The notes: a model not told the origin generated them from the sequence alone. Numbered from the stretch's first letter, positions 1-16,400 are shown. The stretch is 64,000 nucleotides of DNA from the human T2T-CHM13v2.0 reference genome, Homo sapiens (GCF_009914755.1 NC_060927.1); one strand, 5' to 3'. Made by a program: numbers and translations.

Positions 1-300
1 TGGCCCAGGAGGAGTGAGTAAGGTATGAAAAGAAGTAGGTCTAGAAAAGAATGTAGGAAAATATATAAGCAGTAGAGAAAAATAATTTCCCAAGGGAACT
101 TTAGAAGTGATGGGCAAAAAAAAAAAAGAAATTGGAGAGTCTTGTTATTATAAAAAGCCAAAGGAAGAAGAATGTATCATGAAGAAAGGTTTGATTATAA
201 AGTCAAATATTGCAATAGGGATCAAATTAGAGAAAGACTGAAAAGTGATCATTGAATTTAGCTACTAGAAAGTTGTTATTCGTGACCTTATTAGCCACTA
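1..300 (+). mobile_element. Ancient LINE-2 3' remnant
   Basis: gatcattgaatttagctact...gtgacctta resembles the recalled L2 3' region; highly decayed. Confidence 0.45.
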
Positions 301-308
301 GGTAATAA

Positions 309-1472
<1,164 letters not shown>

Positions 1473-2004
1473 AATAAATTCGTGTGTTTTTTATGGTATA
1501 TTTACCCACTTGGTGTTAAACCAATACATTACCAAGTAGTCTGTAATTGTATTTGTAATTTTAGCATTAACTGCTATATATTCTTATAAGTAAGAACTTT
1601 TTTTAATAATTGAAAGATAAATTATAGTGTTTTATATAAAATTATATACTTTGAGTTTTGTGAACATTTGTTATAATTATATAAACTAAATGTCACAGCT
1701 GAAAAGTATCAAGCAGCCTGTGAAAACATGAATTAAACTGATTAATACATTACTGCTTTAAGAAATACTTAAAAGATCTTGAAATATTTTAACTCTTATT
1801 AAAAATAGTATTTTCTCATGCCATTTCTATGTTTTTAAAAATTGATTCTATGCAAGTCTTTTGGATAGTAACTACTAAAATAGCACTAGGAAACTAAGCT
1901 TTGGATATTATTTTAAAATGAGCATCTATAATATGCCACTCTCTAGGTAGCAAATGGAGGTTAGTGATATAAACAAAACATAAAACCATTGTTTTCTTTA
2001 TTTT

Positions 2005-3700
2005 TTTCTGAAATTTATATACATTTAAGGGGTACAATTGCAGTTTTGTTGCATGAATATACTACATAGTGGTGAATTCTGAGTTCTTAGTGTAACCATT
2101 ACCCAAATAATATACCTTATACCCATTAAGTAATTTCTCATCCCTCATCCTCCTCCTTCCCACCTTTCTGAGTGTCCAATGTCTATTATTTCACACTTTA
2201 TGTCCATGTGGACACGTTATTTAACTCCCATCTATAAGTGAGACTGTAATATTTCACAGTTTCTGAGTTGATCTAACTTAGGATAATGGCCTCTAATTCC
2301 ATTTATGTTGCTGCAAAAGATATGATTTCATTTTCTATGGCTGAATAGTATTCCATTATATATCTCTCTATATAGCTGTACCTATATCATCTATCTATCT
2401 ATCTATCTATCATCTATCTATCCATCCATCCATCCATCCATCTATCTATGTATCTATCTAGCTCACATTTTCTTTATCGAACCATCCATTAATGGACACT
2501 TAGATTGATTCCATGTATCTGCTATTGCGAATAGTGCTGCAATAAACTTATAAGTGGAATTATCTTTTTGGTATAATGATTTCTTCTCCTTTGGGTAGAT
2601 ACCTAATATTGGGATTGCTGGATTGAATAGTAGTTATATTTTTAGTTCTTTGAGAAATATCCACACTATTTTCCACAGAGTTTGTACTAGTTTATTTTCC
2701 CACCAACAATGTGTAAGTGTTCCCTTTCCTCCACATCCTTGCCAACATGTTATTTTTTGACTTTCTAATAATAGTCATTCTGACATAAGATGATATCTCA
2801 TTGTGGTTTTAATTTGTATTTCTCTAATGAATAGTGTTGTAGAGCATTTTTTATATACTTGTTGGCAATTTGTAGGTCTTTGTTTGGAAAAAATGCCTGT
2901 TCATGTCCTTTGCCTGTTTTTTAATGGGGTTATTTGTTTTACTGTTGTTGAGTTGTTTGAGTTCTTTGTAGATTTTGGATGTCAGTCCCCAGAATAGTTT
3001 GCACGTATTTTCTCCCATTCTGCAGGTTGGCTATTCGTTCTGTTGATTGTTTCCTTTGTTGTCAGAAGGTTTTATTTTAATTAAGCCCCACTTGCCTATT
3101 TTTGTTTTTGTTGCTTGTGCTTTTGAGGTCTTAATAATGAATCCTTTGCCTAGGCCAATGTCCAGAAGAGTTTTCTCAAGTTTTCTTCTAGTAGTTCTAT
3201 AGTTTGAGGTCATACATTTAAGTCTTTACTCCATCTTGAGTTGGTTTTTGTATATAGTGAGAGATAGGGGTCCAGTTTCATGTTTCTGCATATGACAATC
3301 CAATTTTCCCAGCACCATTTATTGAAAAGGATGTCCTTTCCCAGTGTATGTTTTCATTGACTTTATTAAGTATCAGTTGGGTGTAGATATGTGGCTTTAT
3401 TTCTGGGTTCTCGATTCTGTTCTATTGAGATATGTGTCTATTTTTATATCAATATGCTGTTTGGGTTACTGTAGCTTTGTAGTGTAATGTGAGGCTGGGC
3501 AATGTTATGTCTTCAGCTTTGTTCTTTCTGCTTAAGATTGCTTTGGCTATTCTGGCACTTTTATTGGTTCCATATGAATTTTAAGATTTTTTCTAATTCT
3601 GTGAAAAATGACATTAGTATTTTGATAGAAATTGCATTGAATCTGTAGATTGCTTTGGGAAGTATTGTCATTTTAATGAATCTAGATCAATTTAGGGAAA
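2005..3700 (-). mobile_element. L1PB4/L1MA-like 3' end and ORF2 fragment
   Basis: Decayed ORF2 peptide (ORF 3031-3213, [10 protein letters not shown]...[11 protein letters not shown]) and a typical antisense L1 3'UTR. Confidence 0.8.
2385..2460. repeat. Compound (TCTA)n/(TCCA)n microsatellite
   Basis: Direct tetranucleotide repeats visible. Confidence 0.9.
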
Positions 3701-3917
3701 GTTGCCATCTTAACAATATTGAGTCTTGAACATCTTCATTTATTTTGGTCTTTAATTTCTCTTTGTAATATTTTATAGCTTTCAGTGAACAGGTCTTAAA
3801 ACATCTTTTGTTAAACTTATTCCAAAGTATTTCTTGGTGCTGTTTTAAATGAATTTTTCTTAATATATAATTGGTCTTTGCTAGTAGATAGAATTACAAT
3901 TTATTTAAAAATTTGGG

Positions 3918-4228
<311 letters not shown>

Positions 4229-4643
4229 TTATTATTTGTTTCAGTAATATTTTATGGCTTTCTTATGGTTTTCCTATATAAATTTGATGTTTTCTGCAAA
4301 TAGAGTTGTCTTCCTTTCCAGCCTGCATGCTTTTTATTTTTCTCACCTTAATGCACTTGATAGTACTTCTAGTATCTAGCATGATAGTAAATAGAAATAA
4401 TGATAGATGATTCTTGCTTTATTCATTATCCTAGGTAGAAAGTATTGTTCCTCTTGCTGTTAAGAATAATGTACAAATTTTCCTTAAATGAACTTAATCA
4501 GATTGAGGAAGTTCACTTTTCCTAGTTTACTGGGAGATTTTATTAAGAAAGCATCTTAAACTTTGTCAAATGCTTTTTCTGTATCTATCAAAATGATTGG
4601 TTTTGTTTTCAGTTGATAGGATGACTTACATTGATTGATTTTT

Positions 4644-4714
4644 TTTTTTTTTTTTTTTATTATACTCTAAGTTTTAGGGTACATGTGCACATTGTGCAGG
4701 TTAGTTACATATGT
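4644..4714 (-). mobile_element. Extremely 5'-truncated young L1 (about 56 nt of 3'UTR plus poly(A))
   Basis: Poly-T then attatactctaagttttagggtacatgtgcacattgtgcagg. TSD attttt at 4638-4643 and 4715-4720, followed by AA (TTTT/AA endonuclease site). Confidence 0.88.
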
Positions 4715-4799
4715 ATTTTTAAATGTTCAACCAACATTGCATTCCTGGCATAAATCCCACTGGTTATATTATATAATTCTTTAAAAAATTTTAAAAATA

Positions 4800-5095
4800 T
4801 ATATTTTTTAGAGATGAGGTCTTTCTCTGTCACCCAGGCTTGAGTTCAGTGGCATGGTCATAGCTCACTAAAGCCTCAAACTCCTGGGCTCAGGCAATCC
4901 TCCCACTTAAGCCTGCTGAGTAGCTGGGACTACCAGCACACATTATCATGCACAGCTAATTTTTCAAAAATCTTATCTGTAGAGATGGGGGTCTCACTAT
5001 GTTGGCCAGGCTTGTCTTGAACTCCTGGCTTCAAGCAATCATTCTGCTTTGGCTTCCGAAAGTATTGGGATTCCAGAAGTGAGCCACCACACCTG
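4800..5095 (-). mobile_element. AluJ
   Basis: gagatgaggtct...ctcctgggctcaggcaatcc (J-type diagnostic). Confidence 0.85.
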
Positions 5096-5099
5096 GTTT

Positions 5100-5390
5100 T
5101 TTTTTTTTCTGTCTTTTTCTTTTCTTTTTTTTTTGAAAGGCTCTACTCTGTCATCCAGATGGGAGTGCAGAGGTGTGATTATAGCTCACTATAACCTTAA
5201 ATTTCTGGACTTAAGCAATCTTCTTGCCTCACCGTCCTTACTATCTGGGATCACAGGTATGTGCCACTGAACCCAGCTAATTTTATTATCTTTTAAAGTT
5301 TTGTAGAGATGAGATCTTGCTATGTTGCCCAGGCTGGTCTTGAAATCCTGGCCTCAAATGATCCTCCTGCCTTGGCCTTATGAAGCACTA
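5100..5390 (-). mobile_element. AluJ, in tandem with the previous Alu
   Basis: Diverged two-arm Alu preceded by a T-rich tail. Confidence 0.8.
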
Positions 5391-8300
5391 TAGTCTTTTT
5401 ATATGTTGTTGTATTAAATTTGCCAACATTTTTTATTGGTATTTTTTGAATCTATATTCATGAGAGATATTAGTCTGAAGTTTTCTTGTTTTATGATATA
5501 GTTTGTCATGATTTGGTATTAGAGTAAAAGTATTTTTATAGAATGAGTCAGAAAATCTTTCTTCCTCTCAATTTTTCTGCAGGAATTTTATAGAATTGGC
5601 ATTATTTTTTCCTCTAAATGTGTCATAGATTTTATTTTATAAGTAATGGTATCTTGACCTGGAGTTTTCTTTGAGGAAATAATTTTAATTAGAATTCAGT
5701 TTCATTAATTTGTATAGTGCTGTTAAATTTCCTACTTCTCCTTGTGTAATTTATGTCTTTCTGGGAATTTGTCCATTTCATTTAGATTGTCAAATTTATT
5801 GGCATAATTTTTTAAATAATATTTGTTTGTTGTCTTTTTAATTTCTAAAGTTTTTATGGTAATATTCCTTTCCTTATAAAAGGAAATGTGTGTACTTTCT
5901 TTTTACCTTGATCACTCTGGCGGAAGGTTTATTAATTTCATTGAATTTTTCAAACTAGGTTTTGGTTTCACTTTTTTTAAATTGTTGATCTGTTTCTATT
6001 TTATTGATTTATCTGATCATCTTTATTATTGTTCTCCTTTTTTCTGGTTTTGAAATTAATTTGCTCTTCTTTTTCTACCTTCTTAAGATGAAAGCTTACA
6101 TAATTTAAGATCTTTTTCTTTGCTAATATAGGTAATAAAAGCTCTAAATTTTTCTCAAAGTGCTGCTTTAGCTGCATCTCACACCTCTGATATATTTTTA
6201 TTAGTTTATTAAATTATCTACTGTTTTTTATCAATGCTTATTTAGTAGTTTATAATTTAATTTTCAAACATTTGGAGGGTTTTCTGGATGTTATTAATTT
6301 CAAATTCAATTGTGGTCAGAAACTATACTCTTTATGATTTCAATACTTTTAAATGCTTTGATACTTGTTTTATAGTTCGAAATATTTTATCTCTTAGTAA
6401 TTGTTTCTTTTATATTTCAAAAGTATATTTATTCTGCTCTTTTTGGGTTGTGTGTTTTATAAATGCCAATTGGGACAAGTTGGTTGATAGCCTTTTACTT
6501 ATGTCTTCTTCATTTTTACTGATTTTGTCTTATATTAGTTATCGAGAAAGGGGTGCTAAAAACTCGAACTATAATTGTGAATTCATCTGTTTCTCTTTGT
6601 GGTTCTATCAATTTTGTATTATGTATTTTAAGCTCTGTAATTAGGTGTATAATTTAGGATTTTTATGTTTTTTTAATAATTTAACCCATTTATTATTATG
6701 AAGTGACCACCTTTAACCCCGGTAATGTTCTGTATTCTGAAATCAACTTTACTGTATATTAATATATCTTTCCACCTATATCTTAATTAATGTTAGCATG
6801 GTGTATAATTTTCTATGTTTTAACTTTTAACCTATTTGTATATATTAACCTATTTGTATATATTTAAAGGAGGTTTCTGTACAAAGCATATACTTAGGTC
6901 TGCATTTTTGTCTTTTCTCACAATCACTGCATTTTAAATGGGGTGTTTACACTGTTTGCATTTAGTGTGGTATTGGTATAGCTGGGTATAAATCTACCAT
7001 CTTGCTCTTTGTTTTCTATTTATCTTACTAGTTCTTAGCTCCCCCCAACAATATTCTGCGTTATTTTTTGTTAAACTTTTTAATGATTTCATTTTGTCTC
7101 CTTCGTTGGCTAATTAGCTGTAATCTTCTTGCTGATTGCCTTATGGTTTATATTAATAGTGTGCAGCTGTACCTTATATAAATTTACCTTCAATTAATGT
7201 TATACTACTTTATGAATGGTATAATAGTAAAGTTTCTATTTCCCCTCCTATTGGCCTTTGTGTTATTGTTAATATCATTTTACTTCTACATACGTTATAA
7301 ACCACAAATGTACTATTATTATTTTTGCTTTAAACAGTAAATTATTTTTTAAAGATAACTTGTATTTTATATTTACCCATATATTTATCATTTTAAATGT
7401 TCTTTTTTCCTTTTTGTATATCCAGATACTATTTGATATCATTTCCCTTTTGCCTGAAGACCCTCTTTCACATTCCTTTTAGTGCAGGTCTGTTCATGAT
7501 GAATTATTTCAGTTTTATGTGTCTGAAAAGTGTCTTCATTTCAGTTTCATTTGTGAAGAAAACTTAATTTTGGTCATTATTTAAAAAAAATTTTATCTCT
7601 TCTCTCCCTCCTCTTTCTCTTTTTTATTACTCAAATTACAACTAATTAGGCCATTTGACATTGACCCACAGTTCAATGGTGTGCTGTTCTTTCTCTACCC
7701 CTCAGTGATTTTTTTCTCTGTGTTATATTTTGGGTAGTTTTTATTGACATATTTTCAAGTTCACTAATCCTCAATGAATTTTTTTAAAAAAATCTCTAGA
7801 TATTCTATTTGAGATAGATAGGTAGATAGATGGATGGATAGATAGATCTATCTTCTGTATATCTACTTAACATGCTCAATCTCTCTACCTTCTTCAACAT
7901 ATGCAGTGTAGTATAATAAATGTTTTACTATCTCTGTCTATTATTTCTATCCTGTTTTATTTCTGGGTCTCTTTCTATTGATATTTCTCCTTGTTACAAG
8001 TTATATTTTTTTACTTCTCTGCAGTGAATGCCATACCTCTTGAATTTTACGTTTTTGAGTGCTAAAGGTTTTCGTATTTCTATAATTATCCTTGATCTTT
8101 GTTTAGTATGCAGTTAAGCTATGTGGAACAGTTTGATCCTTTTGTAACCTGGTTTTAAGTACTGCTAAGCAGAACCAGAGCAGTCTTTATCTTAGGGAGG
8201 AATTTTTCCTCATACTGAGGTAATATTCTCTGAGTACTTTGTATGTGAATTCTGAGGGTTTGCACTTTTGTTGGTGGGAACATGAAAAATTCTTGCCTCA

Positions 8301-9565
8301 ACATAAACTTTATTTTTGGTTTGTTTTCTTGATTTATTCTTCAAGAAGGATGCTTTTTCTTCTTGGTTTGTTCTTTCCTCAGTCTCAGATAGTTTCTTCA
8401 AACTTATTCCTTCCTTAGTACTTAGCTAAAGATTTGAGGAAGACCCTTCTGCAAATCTCTAGAGCTCTTTTTGTGTGTCACATTTTCTTCTTTGCTACTC
8501 AACCCTATGAACTCTAGTTGTCCCTGGCCTCCCTAGACTGTTAATTCTGTCTCCCCATTCAGTAGGCCTGCTAGATTTTATCTGGGTTCCCCTTCCTTGT
8601 GTTGGAGCCTTGAAATTCTCTCTAGGCAGTAAACTGGGGCTATCATAAGCCTCGCCTTATATATTTTCTCTCTTTCAGGGATCATTGTCATTTCCTACCT
8701 GATATGCAGTGTCTTAAAATTTGTTACATACATTTTGTACAGATTTTTAATTGTTTTATGTGGTGAATAAATCTGGCCCACATTCCTCATTATGACCGTA
8801 AGTGGAGACTCTCATCTAATTTGTATCTTTATGCAAGCAAACAAATGATAAGTAAATATACATATATATCAGATCATTTGGTATAGAATATGTAAGTAAA
8901 TTTTGTTATATGGTGTTTTCTCATTCTTTTTTTTTTACCTTCATTCCTCCTCCTTCCTTTTTTTTCTCTCTCTCTTACTTATATGTTATGTAGCATATGT
9001 AGATGACTTGTTACCATTTATTTTCCAGTTTTCTCGTTTTTTTACCTTATCATGTTTTTCTGTGTAGATGTTTTATACTTTTATTTAGTCAGATATATCA
9101 GTCTATTTCTTTATGATCTCTGAGTTTTAAATTATGCTTAGAAGATTTTTTATATGTCAAGATTATCAACATATTTACCTGTGTCTTTTAAGTCTCATCT
9201 TATGATTTAATTATATGAAGTTATTGACTCACTTTGAATTTATTGTGGTGAAAATAGTGTTTAATCAATTAAAAAATCTTAAATGAAATGAGGTGTATCT
9301 AGATTCCCAATTCTTGTTTAACTTCATGGAAAAAGCTGCCATCTTTCAAATTCCTTATTGTCATTCTTTTTTTCAAATTGTTGGAGTATTAAACATCTGA
9401 GGTATACAATTTAATTTACATCTACTAAGAGTAAGATTTTTCAACTATTTATAAAAATAAGGGAAACCAAATAGCAAAACATCTGTTGATCAATAAGTTA
9501 GTTTCTTTGCTCATTAATATTGGTGCTAATTAAAATGTTAGAATCCTTGACTTTTATTATATTAG

Positions 9566-9647
9566 ACTCGGGAGACCTGGTGTTGATTGCTATTGCCAAC
9601 ATGAAAGTGGTGCAGCTGTCCTACAGCTCCAATTTTTGATCAATGAG
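9566..9647 (+). CDS. STXBP5L: STXBP5L (tomosyn-2) internal coding exon, 82 nt, encodes LGRPGVDCYCQHESGAAVLQLQFLINE
   Basis: ttattatattAG acceptor (9564-9565) and GAG|GTAAGG donor (9648). The peptide matches the recalled tomosyn-2 N-terminal WD40 region; the paralog STXBP5 has FGRPGVECYCQHDSGAAVIQ. Ends in phase 0, compatible with the next exon. Confidence 0.93.
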
Positions 9648-11294
9648 GTAAGGATTATTTTTTGACTACTTAAATCACACACTCCCCCACTACACAGTGA
9701 ATCAGTTAATGTAATCTTTTAAATACTGTGATTCTAAATGCTTAAATATATATGCATGCAATATTACTTCTGATTATATTTTTCACAAAAGACTGTACTC
9801 CTGTATTGGTTAATTTATTAAATTTTAAAGAAAAAAGATTGTATATGCCATATTCTGTTATTGTTACTATATAGCATAATTTAGTTTAATTATTTAAATT
9901 AAGAAAAAATCCTAATGTCTTTTGATTGCTTCACTGGCCATTAATTTTTTTTCTATACACTCACTTCCCACCAACTTAAATTTTGTAATTAAGGCCTAAC
10001 TTCATATTTTATCTTTATCTTCCCTGAAATGATCCTTTTGCTTATATACGTATGGGCCCTTTTATCTGCATATATCTCCAAATACATTTGTTGGAATAGA
10101 TATGCATTTGTAGTTATTTTTGTGTCCGTAGTTATTATGGAAATTAGCTTTCTACTGTATCTACATTTTTATAAAATTATGGTGATGAGGAACTCTCTAA
10201 AAACAAAATATGTATTTATGAAGCTCAGAGAGGTTGCAGATATTCCATTAGTAGAAGGCTACTTTAGGCTTTCTTAAATCAGATTTTTATAGTGGAAATT
10301 AGAGTCTTCTAGAGCTTCTTTTATATTAAGTGAGCCAGTCAATGCAAAAATGCTTTAAAAGTTTGTGCCATGCCAAATGCAGGCACTTAGAAGATTGAAC
10401 TCAGTGTCTCGGAAAAAAATGTTTGGTTATTTTCTCATGGCATGACAATGATCTTTCATTCAGTGTCTGCATATATTTGCATATATCTATATCTGTTTAT
10501 CTTCCTAAGAACTTACAATTATAAGTGTGGGTAAAATGTCTCATAGAACTTCATATCAGAGGTAACCCAAGGCAAGAAAGATATTGGCAAATGTTCACTT
10601 TTCACTTCTCTTGGCTCAAAGTCTTTCTCAGAGGACTATGAGATCCTCTTTATTGACAAACGTAGCATATTTCACCATGTAGGCACACTTGCTATGGGGT
10701 ACTGAAATGAGAAAGGAAGGTAAAGAAAACATTTGAAAAATATTTCATTGTAATAACTGCTCATTATTATCTAGAATGTCAGGCTTCTCGAGGTCTCAGT
10801 GATACTCTGTAGTTCCTTGTTGAGGGATCTCAGCTTTTTGCCTTCTGCATGGATGTATACTTACAGGCATAATTTGTTTCCATGTGATTTGTACTGGGTC
10901 TGATCCTTTGAGACTTGTCTTCCAGGTCCTAAGTTTGCCCCTGTGGTACATAACTAAGAATAAATAAAGACAAGCCTTCAACCTCCTTGCCTTGTTCACC
11001 TCATTTATCCTGAACTACTCGCCCTATGTACCTCACACAAAGCTGCTGTATCTTTTCCCAAACTTCCCAGTTTCTGACCTGACTGGTTTTTCTATTCTTA
11101 GTTTTAAGCATTTTCACAGATCTTTATAGTGCTTTTGGTAGGTTCACTTTGTTTTTATAAATGAACCTAGACACTGTGGTGTTCTGCTTACTTTCATGTG
11201 TCTGTCTCTGTTGGTGCTGTTATGCTTAGTGGTACCGTTCACTTCTCTCCGATGATAAGTCACATCTCAGTTTTATCACAGAATTAAGAATACT

Positions 11295-11612
<318 letters not shown>

Positions 11613-13300
11613 TCACTAGAATTATTTAGGTATTACTGTAAGATATTATTGAATATATGCTACTTTAATAACATTGCCTTTGGCATGTTTTATCTTCTGT
11701 ATAGCATGTAACTATCTCTTGTAGAGAATGTTTTATTGTTGTTACATATCATGTTCTATCCTCACCCCATCTCAGGTGAACTTCCACCTCTCTGAGAAAT
11801 GAGACCAGTATACTGTATTCAAAAAAATCAAGTGTAACTCATCAAATGCTTCCAAGGAATCCTAATAAATTTCTCGTTTGTTTATAGGAAGCATAAGTAC
11901 AGTATACAAATAAAACAGGCAAACAAACACAAAAATTATCAAGGCTTATATATAGAATACCTCCTATTTCATTGAAGGAAATTATCTGAGTTCATGTTAA
12001 GATGTATATATCAATATATACATCTTTGAACATGTATGTATGTAATTAGATATAAATGTGCAAATCATACAAATTTCTAAATATTTTCTTGGATATGATC
12101 TTTGATTATGTTTCTATTTTTATAAAGCCATTCCTCTCTGAGACTAAAATCACAGGTACCAAATATAAAGAGACCTATCATAGGATACATGAGCATTTTT
12201 TTGGCTTAGAAATTATTATAGAAGGGCATTTAGATTCCTATCTTCTCTCTTCTAATTCCTAAAGAAGAAATAAATGCTAGCAATTTCAATATCGTTCTTC
12301 CTAGCATCTAAATGGGATATCTGTGATTGATACTGTAAACTATGAGAGATTACTTCTAACAAAGTACTTTGGAAAATATAAAAAGCCTTTTAGGTATCTC
12401 TGGACAACCAAGGTTCTGAAAGATCACTCTTAGAGAACACATTTAATGCTCTGGATTTAGGATCTGTGAATGGGTAAGCATCGACATTTTCAGCTGGTTA
12501 GCTGTCATTATGGTAAAAGTTCTAACATTTTAAAATGATCTGATTTAACCCAGTCAAATAAATAGTTTAAGCATATATACAAAGTCATACAAACAGTTAT
12601 TATCTGTCCACATGCTTTCTGCCACATTAAGAGGTAGAAAATATCCTATTGTATGCGAAATAGGATTCATTTGTATTTGGTGGTGCTGTATAAAAGGAAT
12701 CTTAGTATAATTTTATAGTTATACTAAATTCTAGTTGGAGAAATGTTTTCTTTTATTATGGATATTTCCTTTATAATTGATGAAGCTTCTTGGACTATAA
12801 GAAGCAAATTAAATTATACCAAATATACTTTTTAGGAAGAATATACGCTTTCCAAATATACAGAAAATTCTTGCAAAGGAGAATTTTTATATGACCTGTA
12901 TTCAATTTTGTAAGACTGCATTGAATATTTTCTTCTCTGTAAGGCTATATAGTATATGTGTAAACAGTAGAAACAAAAACCATCCCTAAACTATTTTTTC
13001 CCAAAGAAAAACCTTTAATGGCCATAACAGTGCTATAATAATTAATCCTCTCTATTGGTAAATAAATATTCCTTAAGCTAGTCTCCCTGACCGTTGAAAT
13101 GCAGTGGGTCAGTTGCCTCTTCTACTTTCAGCATTCTTACCCTTCCTGATTGAAGTTTATGCACCTATCCTTCCTTATATTTCTGAGATAACAAAAGTAA
13201 CTCTTCAGGTAGTAAACATTGAGTAAATTAGCTTGTTTGTGATTAAAAAAACCCTAAATTAAGTAAATCACACACTTACTTTATCTTCTTTTTGTTCTAG

Positions 13301-13401
13301 GGTGCCTTGGTCAGTGCAAGTTCAGATGATACACTTCATTTGTGGAACCTTAGACAAAAAAGGCCAGCCATACTCCATTCTCTTAAATTTAACCGGGAAC
13401 G
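13301..13401 (+). CDS. STXBP5L: STXBP5L internal coding exon, 101 nt, encodes GALVSASSDDTLHLWNLRQKRPAILHSLKFNRE(R)
   Basis: Strong polypyrimidine tract ttatcttctttttgttctAG and donor CG|GTAAGA at 13402. WD-repeat motif (S-x-S-x-D-D-T-L-H-L-W-N). In frame with the 9566-9647 exon. Confidence 0.95.
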
Positions 13402-16400
13402 GTAAGAACCTATGAATTAAACAATTTCTTAATGTACAACAAAATTATTTCCTGAGCAAGTTTTTGTTAACTTGACAGGCTTTTTTCCTCATAATCTCAA
13501 CAGCTAGAAATAATTTAATGTTTATGCTTACTTTCATAGTGTTTTCTTTTTTGTAGAAAATGCGTAATTGATATAGATCCAGTCACCTACTAATGCAGTG
13601 TTTATTAGCTTAAGGAGCTTTTGGGCTGAGATTATGGGGTTTTCTATGTGTAGACTCATATTATCTTCAAAGAGAGATAATTTGACTTCCTTTCTTCCTA
13701 TTAATATTTACAGGCCTTTTATTTCTTTCTCTTGCATGATTGCTCTGCCTAGGACTTCCAGTCTATGTTGACTAGGAATGGTGAGAGATGGCATCCTTGT
13801 CTTGTTTTGGTTTTCAAGGGGAATGCTTCCAGGTTTTGCCCATTCAGTATGATGTTGGCTGTGAGTTTGTCATAGATGGCTCTTCTTATTTTGAAATATG
13901 TTCCTTTAATGTCTAGTTTGTTGAGGGGTTTTAACATGAAGGACATCGAATTGTACCAGAAGACTTTTCTGCATCTATTGAGATAGTCATGTGGTTTTTG
14001 TTTTCAGTTCTGTTTATGTAGTAGATCGCATTTATGTATTTGTGATTATTGAACCAACCTTGCATCCTGGGATAAAGCCTGCTTGAGTGTGGTTGATTAG
14101 CTTTTTCACGTGCTGCAGGATTCAGTTTGCTAGTATTTTGTTGAGAATTTTTACATCTGTGTTCATCAAGGATATTGGCCTGAAGATTTTTTTGTTGTAT
14201 TTCTGCCAGGTTTTGGTATCAGGATGAAGCTGGCCTCATAGAATCAGTTGGAGAGGAGTTCCTCCTCCTCAATTTTTTGGAGTAGTTTCAGTTAGAATGG
14301 TACAAGCTATTCTTTATGCATCTGGTGGAATTTGGCTGTGAATCATTCTTGTCCTGGGTCCTTTATGGTTGGTAGGCTTTTTATTACTGATTTAATTTTG
14401 GAACTCTTTATTGGTCTGTCCAGGGATTCAATTTCTCCCTGGCTCAATCTTGGGAGTTTGTATGTTTCCAGGAATGTATTCATTTATTTTAGGTTTTCTA
14501 GTCTATGTGCATAGAGGTGTTCATAGCAGTCTCTGAGGGTTTTTTATATTTCTGTGGGGTTGGTGGTAATGTCTTTTTTGGCATTTATGATTGTTTATTT
14601 GGATCTTCTCTCTTTTTCTCTTTATTAGCCTAGCTAGTGGTCTATCATATTTCTTATGTCAAAAAACCAACTCTTGTACTCATTGATCTTTTGTATGGTT
14701 TTTTTGCCTCTTAGTTTCCTTCATTTCAGCTCTGATTTTAGTTATTTCTTGTCTTTTGCTAGCTTTGGGTTTGTTTTGTATTGTTTCTCTAGTTCCTCTA
14801 GGTGTAATGTTAGGTTGCTAATTTGAGATTTTATGAATTTTTGATGTGGACCTTTAGCACTATAAACTTTCCTCTTAGCACTACTTTAGCTGTGTCCTAG
14901 AGATTCTGGTATGTTTTCTTGGTTCTCAGTAGTTCCAGAGAATTTCTTGATGTCTGCCATAATTTCATTGTTTACCCAAAAGTCATTCAGGACCAGGTTG
15001 TTTAATTTCCATCCAATTGTATGGTTTTGAGCGATTTTCTTAGTATTGATTTTTATTTTTATTGCATTATGGCCTGAGAGTGTGGTTGGTATGGTTTCAT
15101 TTTTTTTAGATTTTCTGAGGATTGTTTTATGTCCAATTGTGTGGTTGATTTTAGAGTATGTGCTATGTACAGATAAGAAGATGGTATATTCTGTTCCTTT
15201 TGGGTAGGGCATTTTGTAGATGTCTAATAGTTCCATTTGGTGAAGTGTTAAGTTTAGATCCTGAAAATCTTTGTTAATTTTCTGACTGGATGGTCTATCT
15301 AAAAACTGTCAGTAGGGTGTTGAAGTCTCCCACTATTATTGTGTGGGAATCTAAGTCTCTTTGTAGGTCTCTAAGAACTCGCTTTATGAATCCGGGTACT
15401 CCTGTGTTGGGTGCATATATATTTAGGATAGTTAGGCATTCTTGTTGAATTGAACCCTTTACCATTACGTAATGTCCTTCCTTGTCTTTTTTGATCTTTG
15501 TTAGCTTAAAGTATGTTTTGTCTGAAATAACAACCCCTGCTTTTTTCTGACTGCCATTTGCTTGGTAGATTTTCCTCTATCCCTTTACTTTGAGCCTATG
15601 GGTGTCATTACATGTGAGATGGGTCTCTTGAAGACAGCATACCATTCAGTCCTGCTTCTTTATACAGCTTGCCACTCTGTGCCTTTTAATTGGAGCATTT
15701 AGCCAATTTACATTCAAGTTTAATATTTATGTGTGTGGATTTGATCCTTTCATCATGTTTCTAGCTGGCTATTGTGCATACTTGTTTGTGTGGTTGCTTT
15801 ATAGGGTCAACAGTTTGTATACTTAAGTGTCTTTTTGTAGTAGCTTATAACAGTCTTTGCTTTCCATATTTAGCACTCCTTTCAGGACCTCTTGTAAGGC
15901 AGGTCTGGTGGTCATAAATTCCCTTAGCATTTGCTTATCGGGAAAGAATCTAATTTCTCCTAGGTTTATGAAGCTTAGTTTGGCTGGATATGAAATTCTT
16001 GCTTGGAAATTGTTTTATTTAGTAAGGCTGAATATAGACCCCCAATTTCTTCTGGCTTGTAAGGTTTCTATTGAAAGGTCCTCTGTTAGCCTGATGGGGT
16101 TTCCTTTGTAGGTGACATGCCCCTTCTCTCCAGTTGCCTTTCACTTTTTCCCTTTTCTTTCAGCCTTGGAGAATCTAATTATGTGTCTTGGCCATGGTCT
16201 TTTTGTGTAGTATCTCACGCTGGTTCTCTGCATTTCCTGAATTTGTATTTTGGCCTCTCTAGTGAGGCTGGGGACGTTTTCATGGGTGATATTCTGAAAT
16301 ATATTTTCCAAGTTGCTTGCTCTCTCCTTATCTCTTGCAGGGATACTAATGAATTGGAGATTTGGTCTCTTTACATAATCCTTTATTTTTTGAGTGTTTT

